Shown: positions 23,098-45,330, counted from the first letter of the stretch. The stretch: DNA of 64,000 nt from Paragordius varius (GCA_964247055.1 OZ176050.1:2728001-2792000); one strand, 5' to 3'. The notes: generated from the sequence alone by a model not told the origin. A program made the numbers and translations.

Positions 23098-26000
23098 GTC
23101 TTAACTATAAAAAAATTTAACCATATAATGATTGCACTACCTACACCCTTGTCGAAAAAATAAAATAGAAGCTTTCCCCTATAGCCGAAACATGCGCTTT
23201 GCACATGACTTAATTTATGTATGTTATACCATATTATATCAAATTGTTGTGATTTCATAATAATCATTATAAAATAAATATCTCTTAATTTTCATAAAGA
23301 AAAACTTTAATTGTCCTATTTGTTAACAATACGAATAATTTATATCTTTAAATAAATATATTATTAATAAAATAAAATGATTTTAGATCAAAAGTTGATT
23401 ATAAAGCAAGTTTTATTTAGATTAAAAACAATAATACATTTTAACTATTAAAATAACTTTAACAAAAATTTACATATTACTGTATAGTAGTATATATTCC
23501 TAGAGGGTTATTAATTATTGCTAAATAGCATATACAACAAACGGCAGTATTATTGGCTTATGGTTGTTCTTTGCACTTTTTAATATTATTAGTCAATAAT
23601 AATTCTCCTTGCTGCATATGCCAATAACTTTCTATAGCAATATGTTGTTACTCATACTGTATCTAAATTTAAATGGAAGAAGACATATGAAATAAAAATT
23701 AATAAAAAAATAATGTATTACTTAGGTTTAAAATTTTCTAATGAGATTAAGATAGTTATTTATGTGATTAATTTCAATCTAAAATTAATATAGTGGCAAA
23801 CGAACTCCAACATACGCCTAACATAACATTATGCATTTAAATATAATCTGGCATAGGATATTCATGGAATTTTCAATTCTAGCTTCATTTGGAGATATTT
23901 GACGTGGTATTTCTCATTAAATAATCGTATTAGCGTCCATTACACAGTATTCATATGAAAAATATCATATTATAAATAAGTGTATTTGATCGTGCATTTG
24001 ACACTTTTGTAGTAACTGCTTTATAAAAGGAAATCCCAAAAATATGTTGTATTTTGTTAAACAACTTTTTAAAAAATTGTTTTAAATTGTAGATGTGGGC
24101 TCCAAAAGTCTCAAGTTTTTGTCCGGATTAGGCTGGTTTTTTTGTTAAGGCGAAAGGGCGATTTTTCGATAAATGAAAAAAGTTCATACCAAAAAAATGG
24201 ATATGCTTAAATATTTGATTTATAAAAAAATTTTGGTAAAGATAGGTTAATATTTTGATTCGAATTGGGGAAAGTCTCCAGACCATATTCAAGTTAAGAT
24301 AATTAAAAATAATAAGGCGACGGCTTTATTTATGCTTCTACCATGATATTTATAAATAATTTAAGATATTTAAATAAAATTTAGTTTTGAAAAAGCTTCA
24401 AAACAAGCTGCTTCGAGGCCTTTTTTGCAACATTTTTACAAAATGTTTTTTATTCTAACGCTAAAATCAAAGTTAATTTTTATAAAATTACATTTAACAT
24501 AAATAATAGCATTATAAGTGGTTTATTTTGCAGTATTTTTATAGTTTAGTTTTATAAATTTTAGTGATATACGAGTTACTACAAAGGTGATGAAAACTTT
24601 TGACTCGTAAGGGCCAAAACCCATAGCACCCCCTCCCCCAATGGCGAGGGTATTTCATTGTTATCCATATAATGGATTTAGTGTCTGCCAAAACAATTTT
24701 ATGAAAAACAATGTGGGCAACTTTTTTGATTTTACGATATCCACCCTTAAGCCCCACATCACCAGAGAGTTCTGAAGCATATTTTTATCAGAATCTATTT
24801 GTATCATATTTTTTTATTGACAATACGTGTAAACCTCAAAACATATTTTGAAGCTCAAATAGTTTTTTGGCATAAGAGCCGAGATTGCGCTGAATATTAA
24901 GTCCGTTTGGGCTAATTTCCTACACCCACGATTTCAAATATAATTTTTAAGTTGAATTGGTCTAAAAATATGCATTAATTAGCCACTTGGGCGCAATTAT
25001 TTAAATTGTAAAAACATCCTTTTTTCGCTATTTTGTTTTATTTTGAATTTTTATAATTGATTACAACAGGCATTTAATATGTATAAAAATTTAAAAATAT
25101 GATATTTTTGACTTAAGTAAGCTTTCAAATTAGATAATAGCTACAAGCTTTGCTAAATACATATTGATTTTAAGGTTATTAGCTAGTTTTTGGTTTCGGA
25201 TATATCTCGATTTTCGACTCCAGATGGATATTTAATACAGGATTGGCTTATTTTTGACCTTATTGTGATTTGAAGCATGATGGAAATACAACAAAGCTTT
25301 TTATACATCATTCGACTTTGCTGGAGATATTAATTACCCATATTTTGATTTAAATGAATTCTATTGTGCTTCCACAAAATACATTTAGATGCTTTTAAAA
25401 CTCTGAAAATAACTTATTGTTTAACTTTAATTATAGTTTATAATATAATAATGGATTTTTTAAAAAGAAACATTTATTATCCACCAAAAAAATTTATTCT
25501 CCATAATGTGGGTTAAGCTTCCCGATTTGGGGCAATTCAAAAGTATAAGTATTAATTTAAAATAATTAATACCCGTGTAAAAGGAAACTGTAAACCTGGA
25601 GATCTAATGAATAGCGTAAAGTTTACATTTTTAATTAAGTTTGGGCGAGCAACAATCGCAGGGAAAACACATTATAGTTTAATTTGAATTATAATCGTTA
25701 TAACAAATGCAAAATGTAATTCCCCTTTAACAACTTTTACCCTAAAAATTTAAATCTTGAGTTATATTAAATACAGCATATGAAAGCTTTTTTGTCTTCA
25801 GAGGATATAGTTGTAAGATGCTAGTAATTTAGGTTTATCGTTATTTCTAGATATATATAGTTAAAGCCAGTTTATTTGACAAAAATTTGATTTTTCGACG
25901 GTAGCTTAATTTAAAAAGCATAGTAAGAGCGGGATTTAAAGCTGAATTTATACCCAAACACATTATTCTTAATATAAAAATTTAGGCGATTTTTGTTTGA

Positions 26001-26370
26001 TAAAAATATAATTTTTCGGAAAATTTTATCGATGTCTTTAAAAATATTGCCTATTTTAGACCATTTTATTAATTTACTAGTTTCTAAATGTAACAGCTCC
26101 ATATCTTGGGTTCGGATCATATTTATTTATATCCGCGGTTTTATTTTAAATGCGTGGTGCCATTTGGCAAAGGTCCCATGCTGATGTATCAGGTGTTTAA
26201 AATTTTAGATATTTAATTTAATAAGTACCCTGAACTTATATTACAAAAATATTGGTAAAATTATAGAATAAATATAATAGCTCTTTCAACATAAAATCTT
26301 TATTTCATATATTTATCATAATATTTACAAGTTATCAAAATCATTCAAAGCTAAGCAGCATAAACCAATC

Positions 26371-26850
26371 CTATTTGCATTCATAACCGTACATATCCAA
26401 GGGTCTAATAAATGTGTAGTCATTTAAATATACAGACGTTCGTTTTTCATTTAAATTTTCTGTGCCAGAGTTATATTTAAACATTGAGCTTTTAAAGTTA
26501 TTGGTATCATAATTATTTTTAATGAAATTTGAAATGGGAATATGAGAAGACAAATTTGGCATTATCTGTTCTGTGTTGCGCCATAAAAACGGATCGTACG
26601 CAACACTTTTAGATTTAAATCCAAAATAGTCAAAATTGTTTAAGTTAGAATTTCTCTGATCGATATCCCCATATTTGACATTTTGTGTTGTTGAAAAAGG
26701 TCGAGTATATTGAGTAAATGAGTTATTACTGTTAAAGTTAGCATTTGGCTGGTTTGAAATTAGATTTCCACCCAGATGATCAAAGCTGTATTCAGGGATT
26801 GTTATGAGAGGCGTAGGTATAGAATCTCGATTATATACCAATGTATTCAT
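26371..26850 (-). CDS. Orphan 159-aa Asn/Ser-rich ORF, function unknown
   Basis: ATG-started uninterrupted ORF with visibly higher GC than its flanks and a composition like the low-complexity parts of AP-2. No motif recognised. Confidence 0.45.
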   Translation of the reverse strand: MNTLVYNRDSIPTPLITIPEYSFDHLGGNLISNQPNANFNSNNSFTQYTRPFSTTQNVKYGDIDQRNSNLNNFDYFGFKSKSVAYDPFLWRNTEQIMPNLSSHIPISNFIKNNYDTNNFKSSMFKYNSGTENLNEKRTSVYLNDYTFIRPLDMYGYECK

Positions 26851-28526
26851 TTAGGCTCTTTCCTTGATATGTCTAATGATTTGGGCAATTTAAAAAATTT
26901 TCAAATATTAAATTTTACAATATAAATTCAACAATCACATAAATGTTTACGTCTTTATTTTAGTATACTAAAAAATTGTTATGACTTTATTTTCCTAAAA
27001 CATAGGATATGTAACCTAGAATTCGAACCTAACTATATAAAATTAAGATGAGATTAATTATTATAAGCTACAATAAAAAAGGCCACAGTTATTTTCATTA
27101 CCATCAAAAAATTACCCTTGAATTTTCTTTTTATGCAATGTTATTATTATTTTTATTATTATATTATTCCAAAATCATAATTACAATTTGTTAATAATCT
27201 ATCTATTAACAACATTTTAATATACCCAAAAATATATATCAATTTTATTGTTTTTTAAGCACAATCATATAAAGATAAAGATGATAATTAAGGTTAATTT
27301 TTATTTATATTATATTTGGTTTGTCACAAATAAACATCATTCATTGTAAGATGTGCAATTAATTACGTAATAATAATAATATTTTTAGATAAATAAAGTA
27401 AATAAGGTGAAAAAATAAATTTGACAATACAAAAAAATTTGAGTTAATAAATAGTTAATATAAATTATTTACCTTGAAGCAATATATTATATATAATCAT
27501 ATATAATAATTTTTAATTATTCCAGTAAAAAAATATTTTTACCTTATGTTAGAGCCCAATTTTTACGTTTAAATCTTAAAAAACTAAAAAAGAAATGCAA
27601 TTGGTAATCAAAGAATTTTAATTCATTGGGGATTAAATAAATTATAAATATTTGGTAATTTATAATATTTTTAGCAAAGTATTAAAATAATTATTTATTT
27701 ATTTATGCATAAGAAATAGACCTAATTTGCATCAATTAAAAAAATAAAAAAAAAATAAAAAAAATAACCTAAAAATCCCCACTCTAATATAAAGGTGTCG
27801 TCCTCTCTTATACATACACTTGTTGTCCTACTGCTTTCAGAGTTATAAATAGGGTCTAATGTGTGCGCTTTAACAAATATTAATTAATTAATTCAAAGTT
27901 TTAATAATTAAAAAGTAGATAAATAAAAATATTTATATAAATAAAGAAAAAACACAAAATTTAATACAAAACAATTTACTACGATACAAGAATTTTCTGT
28001 ATTTATTCTATACATTATGATTTTTGATTTTCGACACTTCAATTCGCAAATCTTGACCAAATGAAACTCTTTAATGAGTTTTGTCATTAATTTTTTCTAG
28101 CTTTATTTTTCGAATAAACTTTCGAATATTTTTTAAATAAATAATATCAAATTAAATAATATCGATGCACACTCACTTATGATTTTGTAGATATAAATTA
28201 TATTTTTCCCAATTTAGTATCTATGTATAATTTTGTATCTTTTGTGTTGATATGCACAAGAGAGCTATTTGTTGTCATTAATTTGTTTTCATTTTCTCTC
28301 TTTCTAACGAATATCATTCAATCAAATCTTAGATTCTTATTGATCCAAGATGAAACTAAATAACTAATTGCAAGCTTTTAAAATTGCGTGGGCCCTTAAA
28401 TCCTAAAAATTAAAAAAAAGGATATCTATAAAATTCCTCTATTTCCCAAAATTATTTGAGTTATCCATCAATTAATTGAATATCGGAAAATGTAAAAATA
28501 TACCGAAAAAAATCCCTTTTGATTAC

Positions 28527-28592
28527 ATGTCGGAATCTGGTCATAATCAAATATCTCCTCTCCTAGCCAATTCCAATAACACTAACTGGCAG
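28527..28592 (+). CDS. Candidate alternative first coding exon of AP-2 (MSESGHNQISPLLANSNNTNWQ)
   Basis: ATG, 22 codons, phase-0 donor CAG|GTTAAA compatible with the phase-0 acceptor at 34168. TATAAATA at 27844-27851 upstream. Confidence 0.35.
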
Positions 28593-29599
28593 GTTAAAAC
28601 ATATTTTTTTTTGTTTTAAAAAGAATTAATAAAAGTATAACTTATTAGCGTAAAAAAATAATATTTTAACAATGTTTTGTGATACGGTATATATATAGTG
28701 ATAGAGAGAGGCCTTATGGCATAAAAAAAATTTTAAGCCCTGAAAATATTTTTTGATTTATATCTAATTTATATCACATCATTTTCATTATAAAGTGAGT
28801 TTATATAATTAAGGTGTATGTGCATTCATATTTATGAAACATGGTTAAAAATTTACAAATATGAAATGGTCCAATTAACAAATCAAAAAAATCTTGAAAA
28901 TTATGTTTTATGTTTTTGATAATTGAGATATTCGTTTTTTGGAAAGTTCAATATAAATTAGAAAAATTATACAAGATCTTTATAGGTAGGTAACTGACAA
29001 TTTGATCTCAAGTTTATTTAATTAAATTTATTTAACAATCGATGCAAATCAAGCAAACTAGGTTTTACAGATCACAAATCCCCTTGAGTTATATTTCTTT
29101 GCTTTCTCTGGATAATATATTTATTGATTGATAAAATTTAGCAAACCAACCCATGAGCGTGTTTATTATCTTTACCGATTTAATTTTAAAATATTCCAAG
29201 AAAAGGATTCTGCACTTGTCACAATGCTTCATTTCTAAATTTTATTTTGCGTGCAAAACATTATAAAACTAAAATAATTTAGAATTCATTTAACATTTAT
29301 ATCTTGTATGCTTAAAAATTCGCAAATTTCTAATCATATTTATTTTTATTTGGATTAGGATTTTTTCTTATCTCAAATAAATTATAATAACACATAAGTT
29401 AACCATATTTGAAAAAGTACGGCTTTTGCGACTTTGACTATAGCACTGCGTCTGAAATCGGGGAGTATAAATACCTAATAATATATATATATATATATAT
29501 TCTCTGCATAAGAATTCTCATGATGGTCTTGATTTTGGGTAGTGATGGAAGAAAGTAATTTAGACTTTTGTGCTAACAGATTCATAGATAATGATAAAA

Positions 29600-30470
29600 T
29601 TTGCACACATTTTGTTTGATAAAAAATTTTTTGTAAAGCTTATTACTTCATTTCATATGTTATACAAAAAGCAATAAAATTTTAGCTCCGAAAGCCCCGA
29701 ATTTTTTTGCTCTTCTAAAGCTAGATCTCTTTAACCGCAAAAATGGTGTTGCGCGATAGTTTTCATTTATATGCTAAATTGTGACATCAAAAAGGTTTTT
29801 TTTGAAAAAGTTATATATTGCTTTAAAATTAAAATTATAGCAAAATTTTGTTGAATCGTCCTTCATACTATTTTGAAGCCTTGAGGAAACGGTATAAAAA
29901 CGCTTTAAGTTATTACAAAACACTTTAACTCTATAATTCGATGATGCTGAACATTTCTATAACCTCAGAATTTCGATTAAAATATTCGTTTGTCTTCAAA
30001 TTTATATTAAATTAAAATTGTGTATTTTCGCCAAAATTCGCCAAATTCACCAAAATTTCAAACTAATTTCAAAATTTTAATAGAAATGTACAGCATCATC
30101 GAATTATAGAAAAAAAGCATTTATAATATCTTAAAGCGTTTTTATACCGTTTCCATCATGCCTTAAAATATGAAGCATGTCTCAACAAAATTTTGAAGTT
30201 AATTAGAAAAAAGTATGCATTTTAAAAAAATATTTTTAATTGATGCTACAATTAAGAATATATTTTAGATTCTTATCGCGCAACCGGCATTTTTGCGGTT
30301 ATCTTAAGAAAACTAGCCCATTTGCGAAAAATTGGGGGTTTTTCGGACTCACATCTAAAAATTATATTTTCTTAATATGATTTCACTTTTCATATGTAGT
30401 TTATATTGTATTTAGTGATATTTTTTGGAATGTTTAGCTTTTACCAAAAAAATTCAAAAAATGTGCGCTT
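29600..30470. mobile_element. Foldback element with degenerate inverted arms of about 350 bp
   Basis: ACCGCAAAAATG..TTGCGCGATA, GAAACGGTATAAAAACGCTTTAAG and CTATAATTCGATGATGCTG (29735-29950) recur inverted at 30088-30300. Boundaries approximate. Confidence 0.75.
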
Positions 30471-31585
30471 TGCCGTTTTTTGATATGGAGCACTTCCCAC
30501 AAAAGTGTAAATAACTCTATTAAAACACTCGAAGAACCAAAAACAAAGCACCGTACCTAAAACATTTTACTTTCGAAAATATATTTCATCAGGATATTTT
30601 TTGTGGACACTCTGCAGTAGATGAATATTTATTAAATCACTTAAAACCATCTTAAACCTATAAGAGGAGATAGGTTGGCTTATGAACCATTATTTACTGC
30701 CATACATATTATTTGTTTTCATCAAAACCAGTCTATTAGTTAAAAGAATTTTATCTTACCCTGAAAAAAATGTACTCTGAAAAATGACTGTTTGAATCCA
30801 TACCGGAATTTACATCATATACATGGTGTCTTGATATCGTATAATGCTTTTAAAAATCAACAATTTGTTTTAATGAAAAAATCGACCATATTTGTGAGAT
30901 GATTTGTAAAAACAATCATAACAAAGCTTCAATATATGTGATTGTATGGTGAGTGTTAAAAAAATATTGAAATTTGCGTAACTTCAAAAGCGAAATAAGT
31001 TATACCAAAAGGTGAAAAAGATATTTTTATATTTTCACAAGGTCGCGTATCTGATCTTAATCTCCCAGCAAATATATAATTTTTTATGAAATCCGACTTA
31101 ATAGTTACTTAAGTAAAGGCTAAACTCCTAATATTATACATGAGTTTCTTACTATCTTCGACTTTAACAGCTAAATTTACAACATGTTTGGCCCATCTAT
31201 TTGCACACATATTTTATATTTTGTATATTAAAACTTATAAAAAAATTATTAATGATAAATTATGCATAAAAATATTATATGATAGTTTTATAAAATTTTT
31301 GGATAAGGTGTGTATAATTGTATGTTAGTGTGTTACTCAAAAAATAATCTCATCAAAAATTTTTCCCACGGGCCATTTATTATTATACGCTCATCTTTTT
31401 TTGCATTCAAATTTTTATACGTTTGTTATAATAAAAAAGGTAATATCATTTTTTTGACGCAACCTGTTTCCTTTCTACATGTTAGTTTTACAAAAAAATA
31501 TTAAAGGTGTTGGATAATACAAATTATAGTTAATATTAAGAAAATATATAATTCTAAATTTTTGGTTAGCAAAAAATTTTTTTTT

Positions 31586-31614
31586 GGGGGGGGGGGGGGG
31601 GGGGGGGAGGGGGG
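31586..31614 (+). repeat. Poly-G tract (G22-A-G6)
   Basis: Directly visible, preceded by T9. Confidence 0.95.
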
Positions 31615-33731
31615 AATTCAGCAAATATATGGTAATTTGACCATATATAAATGATGTAATTATGCTATGTGCGATATATCAGACTATGCCTAAGAAAGTT
31701 ATTAAAAATCGAAACGCATAGATGTAAAGTGTCAAGCTTTAGTATGAAAAAAATTTAATACTGTGAGAGTTTGGTTAATATTTGGATGTGTCATGCACCA
31801 CATACCTATTTGGAAACTGAAGTGTAGAGATTACTCATAAGACACTTAGTTAGTTGTTTCACAAAATTATTTTTAGTGACAAAATTTAAAACTAAGGAAT
31901 AATTCAATGAATAAAGAGTAAATTTTCTTAGAAAAATATTATTCCTTACATTTTTTATATAAGCAAAAGAGTTTTATAAATTAAATTTATACTTATCGGC
32001 ACATATTTATGCATAACCCAAAAAAGCTTTTTTTTCTTTGATGTGTTCCACATTTATCCTCTCTTGTGTCACATCGATATGTCGCCGCATATTCGGGTTG
32101 AGAGATGACTTTGCAAATTTTTGTAGATATATATTCAATTTTAAATTTTTTTTACCATGTACGTATATAAATTAAATAATTATTTCGTTGGCAGAATTCG
32201 TTTTTTAAAAAAAATAATTTTATAATACATCATATCTCTGTGAATCAATTTTGCTATTTATCGACAAAAAACCTCAGGCTTTCTCAAAACATACATATAT
32301 TCGTTTACAAAAAAGCAGGTAAAATTATATTGTGTTTATTTAAACTTTGGTTTTAGCTATAATAGCTTAGGGGTAGTCAATCGAATGGCTAAGCTTGACA
32401 GAAACACTTAAAGTATAAACCGCTATATTTCGCATTACTTACTTTTAAGTATAAGGTTAAGTTTTAACAAAAAAACATTTATACAACAAAAATTTTTATC
32501 TCGTCTTGAAATTATTCAGCTTTAAGGGATATTAAAAATTTTTATTTTTATATTTTATTGTTTTGCTATTTTGTAGTTTTGTTTTCGTAATTTTGTTAAT
32601 AAAACCGAATTGTTAATTTTCATCCTTAAATATTTCTGTGATTGCCGCTTATTTTGGTTTAAAATTTTAAATTTAAACCTAAATTTACACCTACCAAATC
32701 TGATTCAGAATGATGAGGTAATTTAAATATTTTTTTTGTAACGGGTCAACTCTCAGATATGTTGTATTGCAAAACACCAGTCAATCTAAAATGCACATTA
32801 AACGGAGTAGCAGAGTGATTGCCATTTTGAATAATACCAAAATGCATATTAAACTTATATATTTTTACTGTATATTCTTAAGGATTTCAAATTTTTTCCC
32901 TTTATGAAAAAAAATAGAACGATTTTATATTTTATAAGAAAGGATTATAAGCATTTGTAGCAAGTTTTTATTAGTTTTACTTTAATATTTAACGAAAAGC
33001 TTGCATTTAGATTTGAAGGATTCTTCGATATACAAGAAATATAAATATAATTTTGGACCAAACACTAAAACATAACTCTACCTTTCTATAGGATATATAT
33101 GTGTTTTTTTCCATTTTGTATATCGTTTTCGTATAATTTTATTTTTACTCAAAATATATTACCTTTCTAGCCGTTTTTTACCACAAACAAGACAACTTTT
33201 TTTATAATAAATAAAAACAAAAAATTTACAGAGGCCTACCTCATATTTGTCGAAAGACGAAAACCTTACACTAAAACAAATAAGAATAAAATATAAAAAA
33301 CATTTTTTGCGTTTAATAAGTGGATGTATGTCTCGAGATATGCTTAAATCTATGAAATACTTTGTTAATTTATGAACATGCTTTTGTTAAGTAGCCTCAG
33401 TATAAAATATAAATAATATTTTTAGATTATATGCGTATCTAGCAAACAGGTAGCTATATTCGACATTAAAATAATTTTAGAGTAATTTTTTGTCTTGTTT
33501 TTTATTGTATTAAAAATGATGAACTAAATGAAATACTTTATAGACTTAAACTTATTATACATACACAACACACTCAATCTCCTCCTCTAAAGTATTACTT
33601 TGTGTCGAGAAAAGCTTTTTTTACTGAATAAAAAAAATAAAAAACTAATAAAAAAATAGTTGTAAACAAAACATCCAAAAACAGCACAGAGTATATATCT
33701 TTCTTAATAACCTTAATGTTAATAATATAAA

Positions 33732-41318
<7,587 letters not shown>

Positions 41319-43030
41319 TTTTATTCAAAGAAATATTATTTCCACGGATAATTAATTAATTTGTTAAAACTTGAGATCGACAAAAAATAGTTAAATTATT
41401 TTTATTATATAAATAAATATTTTATACGCGCAATATTTTTATATAAATAAAATAGTCAACAATATTATTAATAAAACAACTATGCACTTTTATTCATTTA
41501 TATTAATTTTTATTAAAATTTTATAACCGTCCGAAATTTGGGGCAGTTAGCTTTATGCAAATATTTTCTTATGAAAAACGGAGGAAAACTAATCTCATTA
41601 TATATAACCTATATATATGCACATCGTTTATATTTTATAAATTTCTTAGACAATTGGCCAATTCATTCCTTATTCAGATAGATATATATAGATATATATT
41701 ATACTACATACAAAACATTCCATCAAATAACAAACAGTCCATCCATATCCCTATCTCTATTCTTATATGTCTTTATTCTTTGGTGCTCATAATATCAATA
41801 ATTATGTGTTCGATTGGTGACTTTCATATGTTATTTCAAACCATGATATATTTGTATATAATAAATAAATAAATAGGTATTTACGCAATAATCTATAATA
41901 TATACATTTAACCAATTAGTTAGATGTAAAGATAATGGATACAAACTAATTTAGAGTCACTATAAAAATCATAGTGTGCTAAAATTAATATTTTGGATAG
42001 ATATGCTTACTAGCTTAGAGAAAAAATGGAATAACGTTGCATATAAGGAAAATAAACACAACTTATTTTTGAGACATAAAATTTTAAATGTTAAACTAAA
42101 ATGGCTATATTTCATATATTAATATGATAATAAAATCGGGATTTATACATTTTTTGTGGTAATATGTGCCAAATTACTCTGATGTTGAGGATATAAGTTT
42201 TTATATAAAAGGGATTGGGGTTTGCGTAAGAATTTCTGTTCAACTCATTTTACAGCCATAACGCTTTTACCCTTCTACTTTGCTCGTCATAATGTGATAT
42301 TACAAACTTTGTGGTCTAACGCTGAGTCCAAAATACGATTATTTGAAACATTGTGCGGTTAGAGCCATGGAGTTTAATATTGTATATCCCTATTACTTGC
42401 GTAACTTTCCGCAATCTTCAAGCGCGTTTATCAAACATTCGTTATTTTTGTTATGAACTAACTTTCAGTTTGGGAATATACATGCGATAGCTCAAAGATT
42501 CTTGATAAAGAAGATAAAATGGTAATCGGTTAAAATAATAGAAAAGTGCCAAAAATAGCATTTTCTTGTTCATTAGGCCCAATGAAAATTATAAAATTGA
42601 AGAAAGAGTTATTAAATTTATAGGTCAATATGTCTCATAAAATAAAAGCCAATATATAGTTTAGCGTCCATAAAAAATATCATGGGAAAATATCATTTTG
42701 ATTGGATAATGTCTCTGAATTATCATGGTAATTTTGGTTTCGTTCTTTGCAAATGATTTAAGAAAGTTATATCCACTTTTGTTATATTTTCTCCATATCA
42801 GTAAATGGCAAAATTTATTGTTTAATAAATATTTTTAGGTGCATCCAAAAAATTCATAAAATATATTATAAACTACCTATAAGAAAAACAATATTTTTTA
42901 TAAAATTTATAATATAAGATATGGCTTCGAAAATTCACTAAAATTTTCGGTGAGCAATTAAATTTCTAAAAATGCTAAAATTGTGACATAAAAAAGTAAT
43001 TTCCGCAAAAAAGGATTTATTCCTTTAGAG

Positions 43031-43605
43031 CAGAGCTTCTTAAACTTTTGTTGTTCCCGACCCCATTTATGATTGCGATCTTAACGACTCCAACACAAAA
43101 AGAAAAATAATAGTTTCTTCGAAATAACGCTTAAAAATTTTGTTGATATATTCACAATTATTTCGGTTTTTAGTGATTGACAAAAAAAAATCTACATTTT
43201 TTATAAATTTCTTAAACATTTTCTGATTCATAGTAAATTTATACAAACTTGCTGGCCCTGTCACGCTTCGTTGTGGCGTAGTCTCACCGATAATTATTCT
43301 TAATAATTTATTAATAGAGGTAATGGCGATAAAAATATATAATAAACATATTTATAAAAAGAATGTCTTTAATTATTATTTTAAGGGTTTTTGCAGAGGC
43401 TGAAATATCGTTTACTCGAAATCGACAATATTCTGTCCCTTATTAAAGTTAATATTCGACTATCATTGGATTTGTTTAAAGATTTTTGCTTTACGAAATC
43501 ATGGTTAAATGTTATTTGAAATTGTGTTCATACAGCTGGGATCAAGGTATTTAAAAAGTAAATCATTTGTGGTCCTTTTTTAAAAGAAACAATGGTATAA
43601 TACAT
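43031..43605 (-). mobile_element. Truncated inverted copy of the hAT-MITE/Helitron composite
   Basis: Begins CAGAGCTTCTTAAACT and is colinear with the reverse complement of about 17510-18167, including the Helitron 3' motif GCTGGCCCTGTCACGCTT. Confidence 0.8.
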
Positions 43606-43738
43606 ACTCCCCAACCTCTGTTTAAAAATGTTTTCATAAATATGGTTTGTTTAGAACACAATTGATTTAGACTTAAATTGTGGAGAAACAAAATTTTTAA
43701 ATATCGATGTGCTAAAAATTTTCAAGAATAAATAAAAA

Positions 43739-44410
43739 TGTAATAACAGTTGTAATATCCGTAAATTAATGATAATCGAAAATTAAATAGAAAATTAATA
43801 GAAAGATAATTATAAAAAGAAATTATAAACGATATGTGAAACCCTTTCATCAATAGTAATCGTAAACTTGTTTCGTGCTTGTTAGCACATCAGTACGACA
43901 CAACTATTTAACTTGGGGTTTTCACACATCGATTTCGTATATATCCAACTTTGTAATTTTGGTATAAATGCAGTCGGTCAGAATTTGGATTCAATTTAAT
44001 TGACATTTATGAAAATTAAACTGAAAATTTGTGCAAATAAACTGTAACACTAAGTTACCCTAGATTTAGAGTATAGCTGCAATAACTAAGAAGCAGTTTG
44101 TTTTGTTAAGAAACATACTGGTGTTAATGTTTATTTTCACACATTTTGAGTTTAATTTAAATTCGTATATCCGACTGCATTTATACCAAAATTGCAAAGT
44201 TGGATATATATACGAAATCGATATGTGAAAACCCCAAGTCAAATAATAGTGTCGTAGTGATTGCTAACAAGCACGAAACTAGTCTGCGATTACTATTGAC
44301 GAAAGGGTTTCACATATTATTTATAATTTCTGTTAATAGTTATCTTTCTATTAATATTTTATTTAATTTTCGATTATCATTATATTACGGATTTTACAAC
44401 TATTATTACA
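43739..44410. mobile_element. Foldback element with inverted arms of about 240 bp
   Basis: TGTAATAACAGTTGTAATATCCG...GGTATAAATGCAGTCGG (43739-43977) matches CCGACTGCATTTATACC...CGGATTTTACAACTATTATTACA (44171-44410) inverted. No clear TSD. Confidence 0.85.
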
Positions 44411-45330
44411 AAACATAATCAATTCGTCATTTACCATTACAATATAAAAAAGTGTTTTTTATAGTGACTATTATCTGATCATACTTAAAATTGGTTAAAG
44501 CTGGTAACATAAAAATTTTGCTATAAATTCAATTTTTGATTTGGATTTTTCCCTAATATCGGCTTAGGAGGTAAAGAAAAAATTCCCTATTTAAGACGGG
44601 TCAAAAAATCTCAAACTTTAAGAGCCTACAGCTAAAATTCGAATGTTTCCCAATTTTATTTAGTAAATACAATTTTGCATTCTCAGATAAGGAATATTTA
44701 CCACCACCCTTTTATTAAATTTTTTATTACTCGCGGCCATTGAAAACATAATGAGAAACCTGTATTATCAATCAAAATATATTTTAACTTGGTAAAAAAA
44801 TTTTAAGTATTTGTAATAAATAATTGTATTACTTCATAACCTTTTTGTTTATTTTAGATGATTAAAGGGTGTTTCTGTACCCAGATGTTACTCATTATAC
44901 CAATGTTTTAAAGGTGGTTTTTGTTAAAATTAAATTATCAAACAGTAATCTTGGCTGATAAAAATATAATTCTAACTTCTGGAGCCCATAACAAATTACA
45001 CCAAAACCCGATTTGAACAATCAGCTGATTTTGTTTTAAAATAATTATTAGCATTTTGCTTATGGTATTTCCTTTACAAAATTTTAAAAATGGCTATTAA
45101 AAGGATTAATACAAGTTTTACAATTTGTTAAAAAAATTGGAACATGCGCCCAACCAAAAAAATAATTAAACCAATTGTGCAAAATAAAGTTAAAATACTT
45201 GGGTTACAATGACTCTTTTTAGCATCAAAAATGTACAAGATTCGTATTCGAGTATTTATAACAAAATTTGACGCAGTCTCTAAGGTATACCAGATGAAAT
45301 TTTATACATGACAATAGTCATCTGATTCCG

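Noticed and set aside
25180-25400. AGDINYPYFD, resembling the GDFN motif of LINE endonucleases
   Set aside because: A single short motif among stops; too weak to call.
27010-27035. tRNA B-box-like GGTTCGAATTC on the minus strand
   Set aside because: No cloverleaf or A-box could be built around it.
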